A DNA stretch of 64,000 bases, from the NCBI GenBank assembly GCA_946965045.2, contig OX337234.1, forward strand, positions 2,666,001 to 2,730,000, read 5' to 3'. Both the position numbers and the translations under genes were made by a program. Origin of the DNA: Epithemia pelagica (taxonomy: Eukaryota > Protista > Bacillariophyta). The number at the start of each line of letters is the position of its first letter. Position 1 is the first letter of the stretch. Under the pieces are notes generated by a model. It did not search any database, was not told the DNA's origin, and was given only the letters and a program-made list of their open reading frames with translations. Shown here piece after piece: positions 1-11,194 of this stretch.

Positions 1-422
1 CCCGTCGATACTCGGATCCGTGCATGCGGAGGGCTCTGGTACGGAAGGTGTACGGGAGCTATCACAGAAGAATCAGTATTGGATTCCTTCAGTTTCAAAT
101 TTTGTCAACATCGATTCGGCTGTTGTTGGCAGTGATGATAAGGTGTGGTGCTATCAGTTCACCGTTTCGAGAACCCATACCTTCAAAAAACGAAGAATGA
201 GGAGTTGCTTTCTCAATCATATTTCGGTCCTGGACAAAACTCAAAAAGTTGTGATTGTGTTTGTTTACCCATTGGGGACAGAGTTTCGGGTACCTGACAC
301 AGATGGCGAGGTATAGAGACTGATGTTTTTGCCATTGACTGCAAGACACTTGAAACTGTATACGCTTCCGTCCAGACCTTGACGAATAGAGTAGCGGTGA
401 ACTAAGGGTAATTTTGAAAATC

Positions 423-454
423 CAAACAAACAAACAAACAAACAAACAAACAAA
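423..454. repeat. (CAAA)8 microsatellite
   Basis: Eight perfect CAAA units read directly from the sequence. Confidence 0.9.
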
Positions 455-961
455 TAAACGAAGAACCAGGAGACAGATCAATCGAAGCACAATATGACGA
501 GGCCACTATCGACAGTGGCATTTCTTGGAGTTTCTGAATCTGTGTAGCTAGTACCGATGTCCTGTTCAACTGGAGCGGTACCTGGATTGAGTCGACTTGG
601 TTGATACTGCAATCTAGGCGTCAACGCTCAACTCGAACTTATCCACTCTGAACCAGCACTTGCGTTGTCTATGTTATATTTAGGAACAAACAAGAAAGTG
701 AAAAGCAAACTCATCTCTGAATACTACTGTGAAAGAGGGTACAAATGGATTATCATTCCCATAATGACAGTTCAAGAAATGAAGGCCTGGGATGGTTGTA
801 TTGTAGTCCTTATCAGCCCCCGTAGGTAGCTATTCATTAGCCTGTAGACTCCGTCGGCGCCTTGTCCTTTCTGGATCGGCGAATCTTATCTACCCCGATC
901 CATGTGTCCAAGGTTGTACGAAACAAATCCCATTTGAGAACTTTTTCTAACGTCTAACCGT

Positions 962-2398
962 CTACGACGGTGAGGATGAGTTTTCCGTTCTTGCCGTCAG
1001 GCGCTTTTTCAGTGCATGAGCCCAGGCCTTCCCATCTTGCTGGTACACGCACATGTAACAATCTTCAATGCACAAATGTGCCAACCCAAGAACGTCAAAG
1101 TCGGAGGGATCCGATCCAAAATTGTCGGTAAGCTCGATACTCACATATTCGATTCCCATAAAACCAAAGGTGATCATGGCGATCACCATCATGGCAAACA
1201 AGGGGAAATGTGCTCCTTGAGCCTTGTCCGTGTCGTAATTTTCATGAGCAATGGCCAAGGGAAGAGTAAACAGCCATGCATACAAAAAGACTTCGTTCAT
1301 TTGTACCAATGGAAATGGAATGGGTGTAATGACCAGTTTGAACAAACCGGAAATGGATTCCAACATATCCGATAGCAGTTGCAAAAAGCGCAGTTCGCTA
1401 ATCAGGTCTACTGGCTTGTGAAACCAGGACCCGTCCCGGTGCTTCATGAGATCTGCTCGCACGTTGAAGGCCAACACATAGGGTGCTCGACACATTTCTT
1501 CCATTTCTTTACGTTCGTCGTCCTGGACATGAGCCAAACGAGCCTTGAACAAACCAGCGCTACTGCCATTACTTGTTATCTCAAAAAGGTCGTCATCATA
1601 CTCGTTACCATCCTGCATGCGTCGCATGGACCGATGGGAACGGACATGGTCTTGTTTGACAACATCATGGAACGAGCAAATGGTACTTTCTTCTTCAAAT
1701 TCCAAGGCAACTTCAGGCAATCGCCATGGATGTTGGGAGGGATTGGATCGAAATTGAAGGACCGCCACGGCCACACGCAAGACAATCAAGGCTCCAAAGG
1801 CCACATCTTGTCGCCATTGTTTGGCTCGTCGGCTGGTTTCTTGCGCTGTCACGAGACAGGCCGTGGCGACCAAATCACGACAGGATCTCAAGAGTTTGTG
1901 CAAGTGCATGGAATTTTCCATGTACCGACGCAAGGTAATGGATAACCGAGAGACGAGGAGAAATGCCATCAAGGTGGAGGCATATTTATGACCCGAAGGA
2001 TCCATGGTCCAATCCTGACCTCGAAAATGTTTTAAATAAGAAAGAGCCCAGGTGGAGCCCATATTGATGAGACAGTAGGGAAGCACCCGGGGCCACACGG
2101 AGCCGTACATTTGTGTCAAAATCTTCCAATGACTCGAATCGTCCCAAATCAAACTTCGACGGACATGGTATTGATATTGACTTTCATCAAAGTCAATTGC
2201 ACAATTCTCCGCCATCAAATCATCTTCATCACTATCATTTTGAATGTGTCCAGGAAGCGGCTGGGCTCGAGCGTCAAAAAAGACGTCATTCGCATTCAAC
2301 TGGCGCGATGTGGTCTTCGGTGTCGTCGTCGTGTTGGGAGGCAGTGGCGGCTTGGAGTGGCTACTGCCATTGGTATACATGGGCTGTGAAGATACCAT
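962..2398 (-). CDS. Bestrophin-like (UPF0187/VCCN-type) anion channel
   Basis: Intronless ORF, first ATG at 2398. Motifs YGSVWPRVLPY, AFLLVSRLSITLRRY, PIPFPLVQM and FGFMGIEYVSIELTDNFGSDPSDFD match the bestrophin-like family by eye; several TM segments. Confidence 0.85.
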   Translation of the reverse strand: MVSSQPMYTNGSSHSKPPLPPNTTTTPKTTSRQLNANDVFFDARAQPLPGHIQNDSDEDDLMAENCAIDFDESQYQYHVRRSLIWDDSSHWKILTQMYGSVWPRVLPYCLINMGSTWALSYLKHFRGQDWTMDPSGHKYASTLMAFLLVSRLSITLRRYMENSMHLHKLLRSCRDLVATACLVTAQETSRRAKQWRQDVAFGALIVLRVAVAVLQFRSNPSQHPWRLPEVALEFEEESTICSFHDVVKQDHVRSHRSMRRMQDGNEYDDDLFEITSNGSSAGLFKARLAHVQDDERKEMEEMCRAPYVLAFNVRADLMKHRDGSWFHKPVDLISELRFLQLLSDMLESISGLFKLVITPIPFPLVQMNEVFLYAWLFTLPLAIAHENYDTDKAQGAHFPLFAMMVIAMITFGFMGIEYVSIELTDNFGSDPSDFDVLGLAHLCIEDCYMCVYQQDGKAWAHALKKRLTARTENSSSPS

Positions 2399-2708
2399 GA
2401 ATGGCAAGGTGCTTCACAATCTGGACATACACTGAAAAGGATAACTCAGTGCTTTTCTAGCGGCGGAAGTCCAAGTCTCAAGCTCAAGAATCTTGTTGTC
2501 GCCTGTTGTGTTTTTGTCGTCGTCATCGTCGAACGAGAAAAGGTGCGTTCGCCGGTGCCGCGCCGGCGCGCAAGATCAAATCCTGGCTGCAAACAAGATA
2601 GACCAAGATCAAAAGACGCAAGGCGAGCCGAGCGTTGCATCCGACCCCGCCATCGATCTGCAAAGTATCGAGAGTCGAGAGTTTTATGAGTACGACGCAT
2701 TATAAATA

Positions 2709-4509
2709 CCGTATTTTTCGGTTTCCTGTACCCCCGGAATGTTAACTTTTTTGTTAGGGGGGTACACGACTCCGACAATTTTAACCCTCGGTATCAGTGT
2801 CCACTGCTTAGCTGCTTTTTGTCTGTGCCACCTTCATAGGTTCCCAAGTGGACACAGACAGCATTTTTCGCTTTTGATGCAAATAGAAATTATCAAATTG
2901 CAAACTGGCACGCATGCCCAGCTGAACTTTTCGACGTTTGAAACGGACGCAAGCCCAGCAAGCGTCAGAGAATGTATACACCGGAGTGGGGCCCCAATGG
3001 TTCAGTGGGAGGTGACTCGGAGGAGGAATACGACAGCGCCATGTTTCAACCAGACAGGTTTCTTCGTCGGGATGAGGAGACAGAGAAATCAGGAACAAAC
3101 AGAGAGTGGTTCTATCCATTTTCAGTTGGTCCAAGAAATTGGTAAGTAGAAAGTTTGGGTGTGTCATGCCTGAACTTGTACATGGCATTCCGTGGCTCAC
3201 TTGACTCTACGATCGACCTCTTTGAGTCTTCAGTGTGGGACAACCAATGGCGATGGCCGAGGCAAAATCAATTTTGTTTCACTTAGTGGGACGGTACCAG
3301 TTGAAACCACCATCTAGCACCGGGCCTGATGATCCAGTCGATGGATTTTCGCGTCCGTTTTATCTCATGACCATGACAATCAAGCCTCACGAAGCTTGGG
3401 TTGACATTCTTCCTCGCAGTCCGTTGCGAGACTAGTACAGATTCCGAGAGGACGTTCATTTATCAATTCCTGTTGAAACACTCATCGCCATCGTCATATT
3501 CGTTATATAGCGTTCTGGTATTAGCACATGTACTAGAGTTTGTCATTATATATTGACCCGTTCGGCCTCTCGACGTGAGCAGTGTCATTGATCTCGCACT
3601 ATCACCCACTCTAATATTGTTAAAGCTCTGCTCTGCTCCGATCTTGCTTTGCTTTGTGCTCGATCAATTGTTCTTCTCCAGTTCCTTCTTACGAAATAAC
3701 ACTCTCATATAACCAAATTGCTAAATACGGTGGGGTGGTGAACGAACAAAACTTCTTTTAGCTTGCTGAGCTCGGTATCCATTTTGACCTTCTTCGATGT
3801 ATATTTGGAAATCTATGATTGTAGTCTTGAGTGGTTGTGACCCATCAACAAGTGCCAGAGATGGTGGGGATGGTAAGCCGCGAGAAAAGGATCGTATCAA
3901 AATGGGTCTTCGCATTTAAATTCGAAAACAATAACCCTCGGTATCAGTGTCCACTGCTTAGCTGCTTTTTGTCTGTGCCACCTTCACAGGTTGGTGACCC
4001 GGCGAGGACAACCACCAACCGTCAACTGTCACTTGCACGCTGGCCTTGCTTCAACCCTGAGGAATTTTAATGGTTAGACAGACAGACGAAAAACGAAAAA
4101 TGCTGTCTGTGTCCACTTGGGAACCTGTGAAGGTGGCACAGACAAAAAACAGCTAAGCAGTGGACACTGATACCGAGGGTTTTTTAAGATTCCATACGGA
4201 TAGTACAATTAAATTTATAGTAAATTTCATTATCAACATCGGAGTTGTAGAGAAGGGTTGGTCGCACTATTCCAGTTAGGGGAAAGACCGTGGTGCCGTA
4301 ATACCCATCAGGTTGTATCTCTTGTTTCTCCTCTTTGATTTACTCCCATTTAATGTCAGTCAGTGCGATAGAAAGCTTGGAGCGTGAGGATTGTGGGGGT
4401 AACCCTAAAACCAGGAAAGAGCCTACAGAAGAAAAGTTACGATACCATGTACTGATTGTGGGGGAGGGGGGTACACGACTGGGGGGGTACACGAAACCGA
4501 AAAATACGG
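2709..4509. mobile_element. Non-autonomous Tc1/mariner/pogo-type TIR element (1.8 kb)
   Basis: TA at 2707-2708 and 4510-4511. 27-bp TIR CCGTATTTTTCGGTTTC(C/G)TGTACCCCC at 2709-2735 and 4483-4509, one mismatch. No transposase ORF. Confidence 0.85.
2785..4179. mobile_element. Nested non-autonomous TIR element with piggyBac-like ends (CCCT...AGGG)
   Basis: 86-bp inverted repeats at 2785-2870 and 4094-4179 (2 mismatches). Left end preceded by TTAA, right end followed by TTTTTTAA. Extra 58-bp copy of the left end at 3935-3992. Confidence 0.7.
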
Positions 4510-4622
4510 TAGAGCCACGATCAACTCTCGTTTCTGTTGAAGAATGTTCTATTTTTTAAATTCGTCGTTCGTAGGTTCTTTTTGGAAAAAATGAATACTG
4601 TGTGGTTACTCTTCCAACTTTT

Positions 4623-6471
4623 TTATTCCTCGTGGTGGTGGCTGATAAAGTCTAGCAAATCGATACGGGTGACAATGCCACTGACCAAATTCACCACTTT
4701 GGATCGACCCATCAGGGTACTCTTGGAAAGGTCCTTTTCTCCGGCACTCATGGTACTGCCAACACTATCACCAGCATCACTATATTTTCGCTTTTTTGTG
4801 TTGGTATCATCCATGATGAGGCCAGGAGAGAAACAACGCTGTTCGGTCACAATGAGACAATAAGGTTCATGGTCCAATGCTTGCGCCAAATCTGCAAGAG
4901 TGTCATTCATGGTGAACTGATGAAAGTTTTTTGTAAATCACTCCTATGCACAAGATGGGCTGCTGTGAGAATGTGGCTGCCCCAGCGACAACTCCAAAGA
5001 GGCCCCACAGTCGGGAACGTACCTGCTTCGGCTACTGTGGTATCGGGTCGGCAACGGCCGGACAAGAGTCGGTTCGTCATGTTCCCTGCCGTGACGACGC
5101 CAATCACATCGCCGTTCTCCAAAACTGGTACCATATCAAAGCCCTCCTGTTTCAACAGACCAATGGCATCCTTGCAGGTGACATTGGAGGTAATGGTAAG
5201 TGGTGTATTAATCGGCAAGTCGGACACTCGTTTCTTGGCCCACCACGATTGGTATTGCTTGGCTTGTACCACTTGACCATCGACAAAGCCATGATCGCCC
5301 ATCCAATCATCACTGAGTGCCTTGGTCATGTAATTGCGTACCGAATCGGGCAAAATAATCACCACGCGTTTGCCAGCTTCCAAGCCTGCGGCAGCCTTGA
5401 GGGCACATGCAACGGCGGAACCACTACTTCCCCCGCACAAGAGGCCCTCATCGCGAATCAAGCGACGCATCATCAAGAGAGACTCTTCGTCGTTGGACTT
5501 GTACCATTTGTCGACCAATGCCCCTGGAAAAAGCAAAAATGAGACGAACCATGTGAGCGAACGATTGCGATCACATTGTTTGGTTAGACTGCAAGCGTCT
5601 CATCTCTCTTCTTGTACGTACGATCCAGCACTTTGGGGATGAAATCATAACCAATGCCTTCGACATGATAGGATTCAAGGCGATGCTTGTCATTTAAGGA
5701 ATCGGGCACGGCCAAAATACTTCCTTCCGGATCCACACCAACAATTTCAATGTCCGGATTGTGTTCGCGAAGTCGTTTGGCCAGACCAGAAATGGTCCCT
5801 CCAGTGCCCGCACCCGCGACGAGCATATCAATTTTGCCTTGGCATTGTCGAATCAATTCTTCGGCCGTTCCGTAGTAGTGCGCTTCGGGATTGGAGGGAT
5901 TGCTATACTGATCCAAAATGTGGCTCTGTTCCAGGTCGTGTTGCAATCGTCGTGCCACAGAAATATGCGATTCCGGAGCATCGTAGGCCGCTTCGGTGGG
6001 TGTCCGGACAATTTCCGCTCCCAAGGCCTTGAGGACATCGACTTTTTCCTTGGACATTTTTTCCGGCATGGTAATGATACAACGATAACCCTTGACCGCC
6101 GCGGCCAGCGCTAATCCAATTCCCGTATTGCCCGAAGTAGGTTCAATCAAGGTATCGCCTGGTTGGATACGACCCTGTCGCTCGGCATCTTCCACCATTT
6201 GACGACCAATCCGGTCCTTGACACTCCCTCCAGCATTGAAAAATTCACACTTGACCAACAATTCACAGGGCAAGTCGGAACCAATCCGATTCAAACGAAT
6301 CAACGGTGTCCCTCCAATCGCACCCAAGACACTGTCATAAATTGTGTCGACACGAGGACACTTTGCATCATCCATGATCTGCATCTTCCTGGAGGTAGAA
6401 GACGAGACGGGAGGAGCCACTGGAATGGTTGTAGTTTCTGTCGCTGGTGCTGGTGCTGGACAGACTTGCAT
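4623..6471 (-). CDS. CBS: Cystathionine beta-synthase, 3 exons (6471-5622, 5523-5023, 4943-4623), with an apparent +1 frameshift in T6 at 4927-4932
   Basis: PLP lysine motif [30 protein letters not shown] and C-terminal CBS domains. GT-AG introns 5621-5524 and 5022-4944 restore the frame (LDR|ALVDKW; AEAG|VIYK). Confidence 0.93.
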
Positions 6472-7075
6472 GCTTTAATTAGTTGGCAGTGTTCAGACTA
6501 CCTGATCGTTCGGATCACAATGGTAGGAATCCTCAAGCACGAAAAAAGTGAGCAGAGCGTTAAACACTCTCTCTCCCAGATGATGGCAACGGCTTCATCC
6601 TGTCCAACAAAGCCTTCCGATCCGAAAGGAAAATCAGAAGACCCCTGTCAGCCTGCTACAGAGAAAGAACGTGTATCGAGTGGAACAGTCTTCATCCTAC
6701 ACAAGATTCTCTTCTCTTTTTTCATTAGCATAGTTGATGGTATCCCAATCTCCTCTCCTGTGTCTCTGATGTGGATGACGACGACGGTGATGGGTCGGTT
6801 CGCAAAGAACGTTCTTACCAAAGCTACCGAAACGCGACTTAATGAGCGGCCCAAGGGTACGCCTCAGCATCATTGGATCGATATACAGAGGCAAAATTTG
6901 TAAAATATATTGAAAACGCCAGAGCGTATCCACTGGCCGAGATGAATGACGTCCAAAAGGGGGTCCATCCATCGAGATGCCAACACAAACGTGCACTATC
7001 ACAATTGCGTTGCACGTTCCTACGAATAGGCCTTTCCAACCTCCAACATTCCGCCTTGTAGAATCCTTGGCGATC

Positions 7076-8548
7076 ATGACGTCGTCGTCCTCTTCGTTTG
7101 ACTGTGGATCTCTAAAGTTGTCGCTCCAGGCCAGTGTGACCAATCTAGTGAAACCAACGGAACCCATTTCGACTGGTGTGGGATTTTTGGATCATATGCT
7201 GGATCAGTTCAATTCTCATGCTCAGATTGGAATCTCGGTAAAAGTAAAAGAAGAAGAAGAAACAGAGCTATCCACCAAGGTGGCTGAACTGGAACATGGG
7301 GATGCCGCGAAAACGACGGCCGCAAAGGCGGCAGCTCATCACAATCGCTTGGCCGACAAGCTGCAGGATCAAACACCCTTGTTTGTTCAAATTGCAAGTG
7401 TCGTGGGTACCCAATTTCATGGCATACTTGAGCAGAACAATATACCAATCGGCCAAACCAGTTTCTTTGCCTGTCCCTTGGACGAAGCCTTGGTCTTTGT
7501 CCACCTAAAACGTTGCAGCAGCACGACAAAGGAGTCGTCGTCCTCGTCGTTGGACTTGTACAATTTGTCACCCTACGGATCGTATCCTCCCCGTACTGGA
7601 CGTCAATGGTTGGGACGTATGCAATTGGCACCCTTGCAACAATTTTGGCAGACGGTAGCGGAAACGGCTCACGTACAAGTTTCCATGTACAAAATTTGGG
7701 GGGACAATGCTCATCACATTGTCGAAGCTTCGTTCAAGGCCTTTTCCAGGGCATTGAGGAATCTGATTGATGGCGTCAACACGGTACGAGACGACACCAT
7801 TGATGACACACAGTTGGAGCAATTGTATGGCAGTTCCTCGGATAATGCGTTGGCCAGTACGGACTTGCAACGCACCGGAACGGTCGATCGACAAACCAAG
7901 GAAACCGGTATTAATGCACGACTATGGCTGGATGGTGGTGCCGAGGGCATTCAAGTATCAATGGGCCTTCCTTTGTTGAATGCCTTTTGGTCAACTGTCA
8001 GTGCAAATGCACTGGTGAGTTTGCAGGTATTGTGTGCCGGTGATTTATGGATTGACGAACATCATACAGCCGAAGATGTGGCTATTGCGGTGGGCCAAGC
8101 CTGGAATCAGGCCTTGGGCAACAAGGCGGGTTTGAATCGCATGTGGTGCGCCACAGTGGTAGAGGGGACCGCTCGTGTGGCAGTTGTACTGGATTTGTCC
8201 AATCGTCCAATGTTGACACACAACTTGCCCTTGGCGCAACATGACCAAGAGCATTTACAGGATGTACCCGTCGAAATGCTGGAACATGTGCTCGATTCCT
8301 TTGTAGTCAATGCACGCATGACGTTGCAAGTCTATGTACAACCCGCGAATACCGAAAGTACACTAAACATGGAAGGCACGAATTCACTCGGCAATGGCAT
8401 GGTCGTGTTGAGTCCTTCTTCTGTACTATTGGCCGATGCCTGGCAAGGTATGGCAGTGGCTTTGGGGCGAGCCTTACGGTATTGCATCCTGGTAGATTCC
8501 CGTCGTGCGGGAGCCACGGCCAGTTCCAAGGGAACCCTGTCAGTATAA
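7076..8548 (+). CDS. HIS3: Imidazoleglycerol-phosphate dehydratase with two tandem IGPD domains
   Basis: GVGFLDHML, PLDEAL and NAHHIVEASFKAF in the N-half. RQTKET, IDEHHTAED, LDLSNRP, EMLEH and SSKGTL in the C-half. Probable ATG at 7076. Confidence 0.92.
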   Translation: MTSSSSSFDCGSLKLSLQASVTNLVKPTEPISTGVGFLDHMLDQFNSHAQIGISVKVKEEEETELSTKVAELEHGDAAKTTAAKAAAHHNRLADKLQDQTPLFVQIASVVGTQFHGILEQNNIPIGQTSFFACPLDEALVFVHLKRCSSTTKESSSSSLDLYNLSPYGSYPPRTGRQWLGRMQLAPLQQFWQTVAETAHVQVSMYKIWGDNAHHIVEASFKAFSRALRNLIDGVNTVRDDTIDDTQLEQLYGSSSDNALASTDLQRTGTVDRQTKETGINARLWLDGGAEGIQVSMGLPLLNAFWSTVSANALVSLQVLCAGDLWIDEHHTAEDVAIAVGQAWNQALGNKAGLNRMWCATVVEGTARVAVVLDLSNRPMLTHNLPLAQHDQEHLQDVPVEMLEHVLDSFVVNARMTLQVYVQPANTESTLNMEGTNSLGNGMVVLSPSSVLLADAWQGMAVALGRALRYCILVDSRRAGATASSKGTLSV

Positions 8549-9373
8549 ACATTCAGGTTGTCGACCTGCTTTAGCGTGGAATGTTCCACAAATCGATGAC
8601 CCATGTGTCTCATCCCTATGTATCTCTCAAGGAACGTTTTGTTGCAGTGCCCTGGGTGGAGAAAAACCAGAAAGGGACTAGGGGGAACGAAAACACAGTG
8701 GACCACGAAATTGTGAGATAGCTACAAGCCTTCAAGACACACAACAAGTTTGCAAGTAGAAAGAAGTTCCATGGTTTTTGAATAGGACTTGGGCGTCGAT
8801 GCTGCGCTTCTCCAGAACTAATTCATCTACTCCAGCTAGGTTGGTCATTTTTGCCCAGGCAATTGATTGGTTTTAAAAATGAGGGGGTGATACGTGAGCT
8901 CTTTAAGTCACTTTATAGAAACCATGCGTAACTCACAAATTCTTTCCATGAGGTATCCATCAACTCAAGTAGGAGTAGATCTGTTCCGAGGTTTGGGCTG
9001 TCCGAACTCCGAAAGTCTGGAGAATATAGGTAGTTGTGTCCCGGAAATAAAGCGGGACTCCAATGGGTCATAAAAAAGTCGATGAACCCACTTGAACACC
9101 AGCCGCAATGCCTCAGATTCACGATGGACATTTTGTTCAGTGTAGACATCAATTTTGACAAGAAGGAGAGGTTCTAGTTCCAGGTTCTGGAAGTTCATTG
9201 AGTGTCTTCCGGAGTAGAGAACAGTTGTATTTTCATCCAACAAAGGGATGCTGAATCAGCAGTTGCAGACGTAGGGAGGATCCTCTATCAACGTCGGCAG
9301 CGGAAGCAGCGGTCGAACAGCAAGTGGTTTGTCGACACGCTCTTCTTCTTCTTCTTCCACAAAGTCCCCACCC

Positions 9374-11194
9374 ATGATGCACTATCATCGAAGACCTCAA
9401 GCGTCTTCCTATCATCATCATCATGCTTTGAATCGCCGATCTATGCCAATGGTTCCTTCGTCTTCCTTCTCGTCATCCTCGAAACAAGGAGCCGTTGCCT
9501 TGACGCTTCGGTTATTGCTGGTCAGTTTGGCTGTGGTAGCCATGTGTATCATGCTTTTCAACCTTTCGTTTGCTTACACGCGTCTGGCAAATCATCATCA
9601 TCACTATCATCACAACAGCAATCACAATCACCTTCACCACAACAGTGGCCCCAATGGCGGCGACGGAACATTATCATGGCAGGAGGGCATCAGGAATAGG
9701 CTTCCCAATCGCCATCGTCGTCATCGAGAAGGTCTTCAACGCGATCAATTTCAACAGGAAGAGCATCCACCACAATACCAACCAATGCACAATGGTGCTG
9801 TCTCGGAAGAGCTTGCTGGTCGAGGCGAAGCAAAGAAGAACAAAATCAACAATGACTGCAGCGTGATTTCCTCCATTAATGATATGTTACGATGCTATCG
9901 CCCTGATCTTGTGGATCGGCTGTATCGAGGCTTGAAACGTGTCCCCGAAGCATGTCGTCGTCGTCTGTCTCACTCCACGTTGCGACAAAAAGAAACCATC
10001 CATGGAGTAGCTGTCAATGCCACAACGGAAATGGAGTATCGAATACACAATTGGACCCAATTACAAACCTGTTTGGGATTTGTGCGGAATCACCCTACGT
10101 CCGCCACAAAAACGAAAACCAATGTGATTGATACAATTCATATATTGGGAGAGCGTCACTCCGGCACCAAATTTGTTCAACAAGAGCTTCAACGATGTTT
10201 TCCTCGATCCTCCACCTTTCGTGTCCATCGCGATTTGGAACGATCCAAACACTTTTTCCAACCTCTCAATTTCAACTGTCCACGCGACAAATTTCACAAC
10301 CTTGGCAAGCCAGAATCGGGAAGTGTATTGCAGGAGGATTACAGCAACCATTTGATTATTGCGGTCTTTCGGGATCCCATGGATTGGGTTGAAGCCATGA
10401 GACTCAAGCCCTACCATGCTCCTATGCACATGGCTGGTTTTTCGGGTCCACAAAATGACATTGTGCCGTTGGATTGGAAAACCTTTCTCTCTCAACCTTG
10501 GACGACCAAAACGACTGGCACCAACCAGAAAATCAGTGGAACGACAGCCGCAACGACGGCGTCGTCTCCCAACGACGAGAATGCAACAATCAAAACTTGT
10601 CGCTACGGCTTTGCCCCACACGAAATAGTTCCCTGCTTTTACAATCGCGATTCGAAGTTCATACCTCCAAATCGGATCCGTGGCTTTGAACCGATTTACG
10701 AACTTCAGCGAAATGATTTACTGAGAGAATCGCCTGCCACAACCACAAAACTTCAAGCGTCGTCATTGACCCGCCGTCATCTTCCCTTTGACAATATCTT
10801 GGATCTTCGTGCCGAAAAAATCCGACATTTGGCCTTGGAAATTCCCTTGCTTTTGCCTAATTTGGGTGGGTATTGGCCGGTACGATACGAAGATTTATTG
10901 CAATCCGGAATGCAAGACTTGGTGGATTGGATTTCCCATAATTTGAACATTTCTTCACCGTGTCACGCAAGCTCTGTGAGTTTGCACGAACCGTCACGAA
11001 AACAACGTGTAGCGACCGGGCCGCAGTTGGACTTGCTCAATAAACGTCAAAGCAACATGCCAAAGGAGCAAAAGCAATGGATTCAATCACATTCGTATGT
11101 TCCGATGGAGGAATTGTTGGGATACTTCCAAACGGTCGATGGCAAAGATCGAATACCACCGAGCATAGACAAAGGATTGCCCTCGAAGAAGTGA
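9374..11194 (+). CDS. Type II membrane P-loop sulfotransferase-like protein (diatom-expanded family)
   Basis: N-terminal signal anchor and His-rich stem. GERHSGT (5'PSB-like loop), FRDPMDW (3'PB-like) and VRYEDL motifs. Confidence 0.7.
   Translation: MMHYHRRPQASSYHHHHALNRRSMPMVPSSSFSSSSKQGAVALTLRLLLVSLAVVAMCIMLFNLSFAYTRLANHHHHYHHNSNHNHLHHNSGPNGGDGTLSWQEGIRNRLPNRHRRHREGLQRDQFQQEEHPPQYQPMHNGAVSEELAGRGEAKKNKINNDCSVISSINDMLRCYRPDLVDRLYRGLKRVPEACRRRLSHSTLRQKETIHGVAVNATTEMEYRIHNWTQLQTCLGFVRNHPTSATKTKTNVIDTIHILGERHSGTKFVQQELQRCFPRSSTFRVHRDLERSKHFFQPLNFNCPRDKFHNLGKPESGSVLQEDYSNHLIIAVFRDPMDWVEAMRLKPYHAPMHMAGFSGPQNDIVPLDWKTFLSQPWTTKTTGTNQKISGTTAATTASSPNDENATIKTCRYGFAPHEIVPCFYNRDSKFIPPNRIRGFEPIYELQRNDLLRESPATTTKLQASSLTRRHLPFDNILDLRAEKIRHLALEIPLLLPNLGGYWPVRYEDLLQSGMQDLVDWISHNLNISSPCHASSVSLHEPSRKQRVATGPQLDLLNKRQSNMPKEQKQWIQSHSYVPMEELLGYFQTVDGKDRIPPSIDKGLPSKK

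Noticed and set aside
95-490. 131-aa minus-strand ORF with a hydrophobic N-terminus
   Set aside because: The hydrophobic stretch is just the translated (TTTG)n microsatellite; no motif, and the window edge prevents assessment.
4869-6903. Plus-strand ORFs of 100-250 aa opposite CBS
   Set aside because: Antisense shadows with no recognisable motifs; the same applies to most short ORFs overlapping the long genes.
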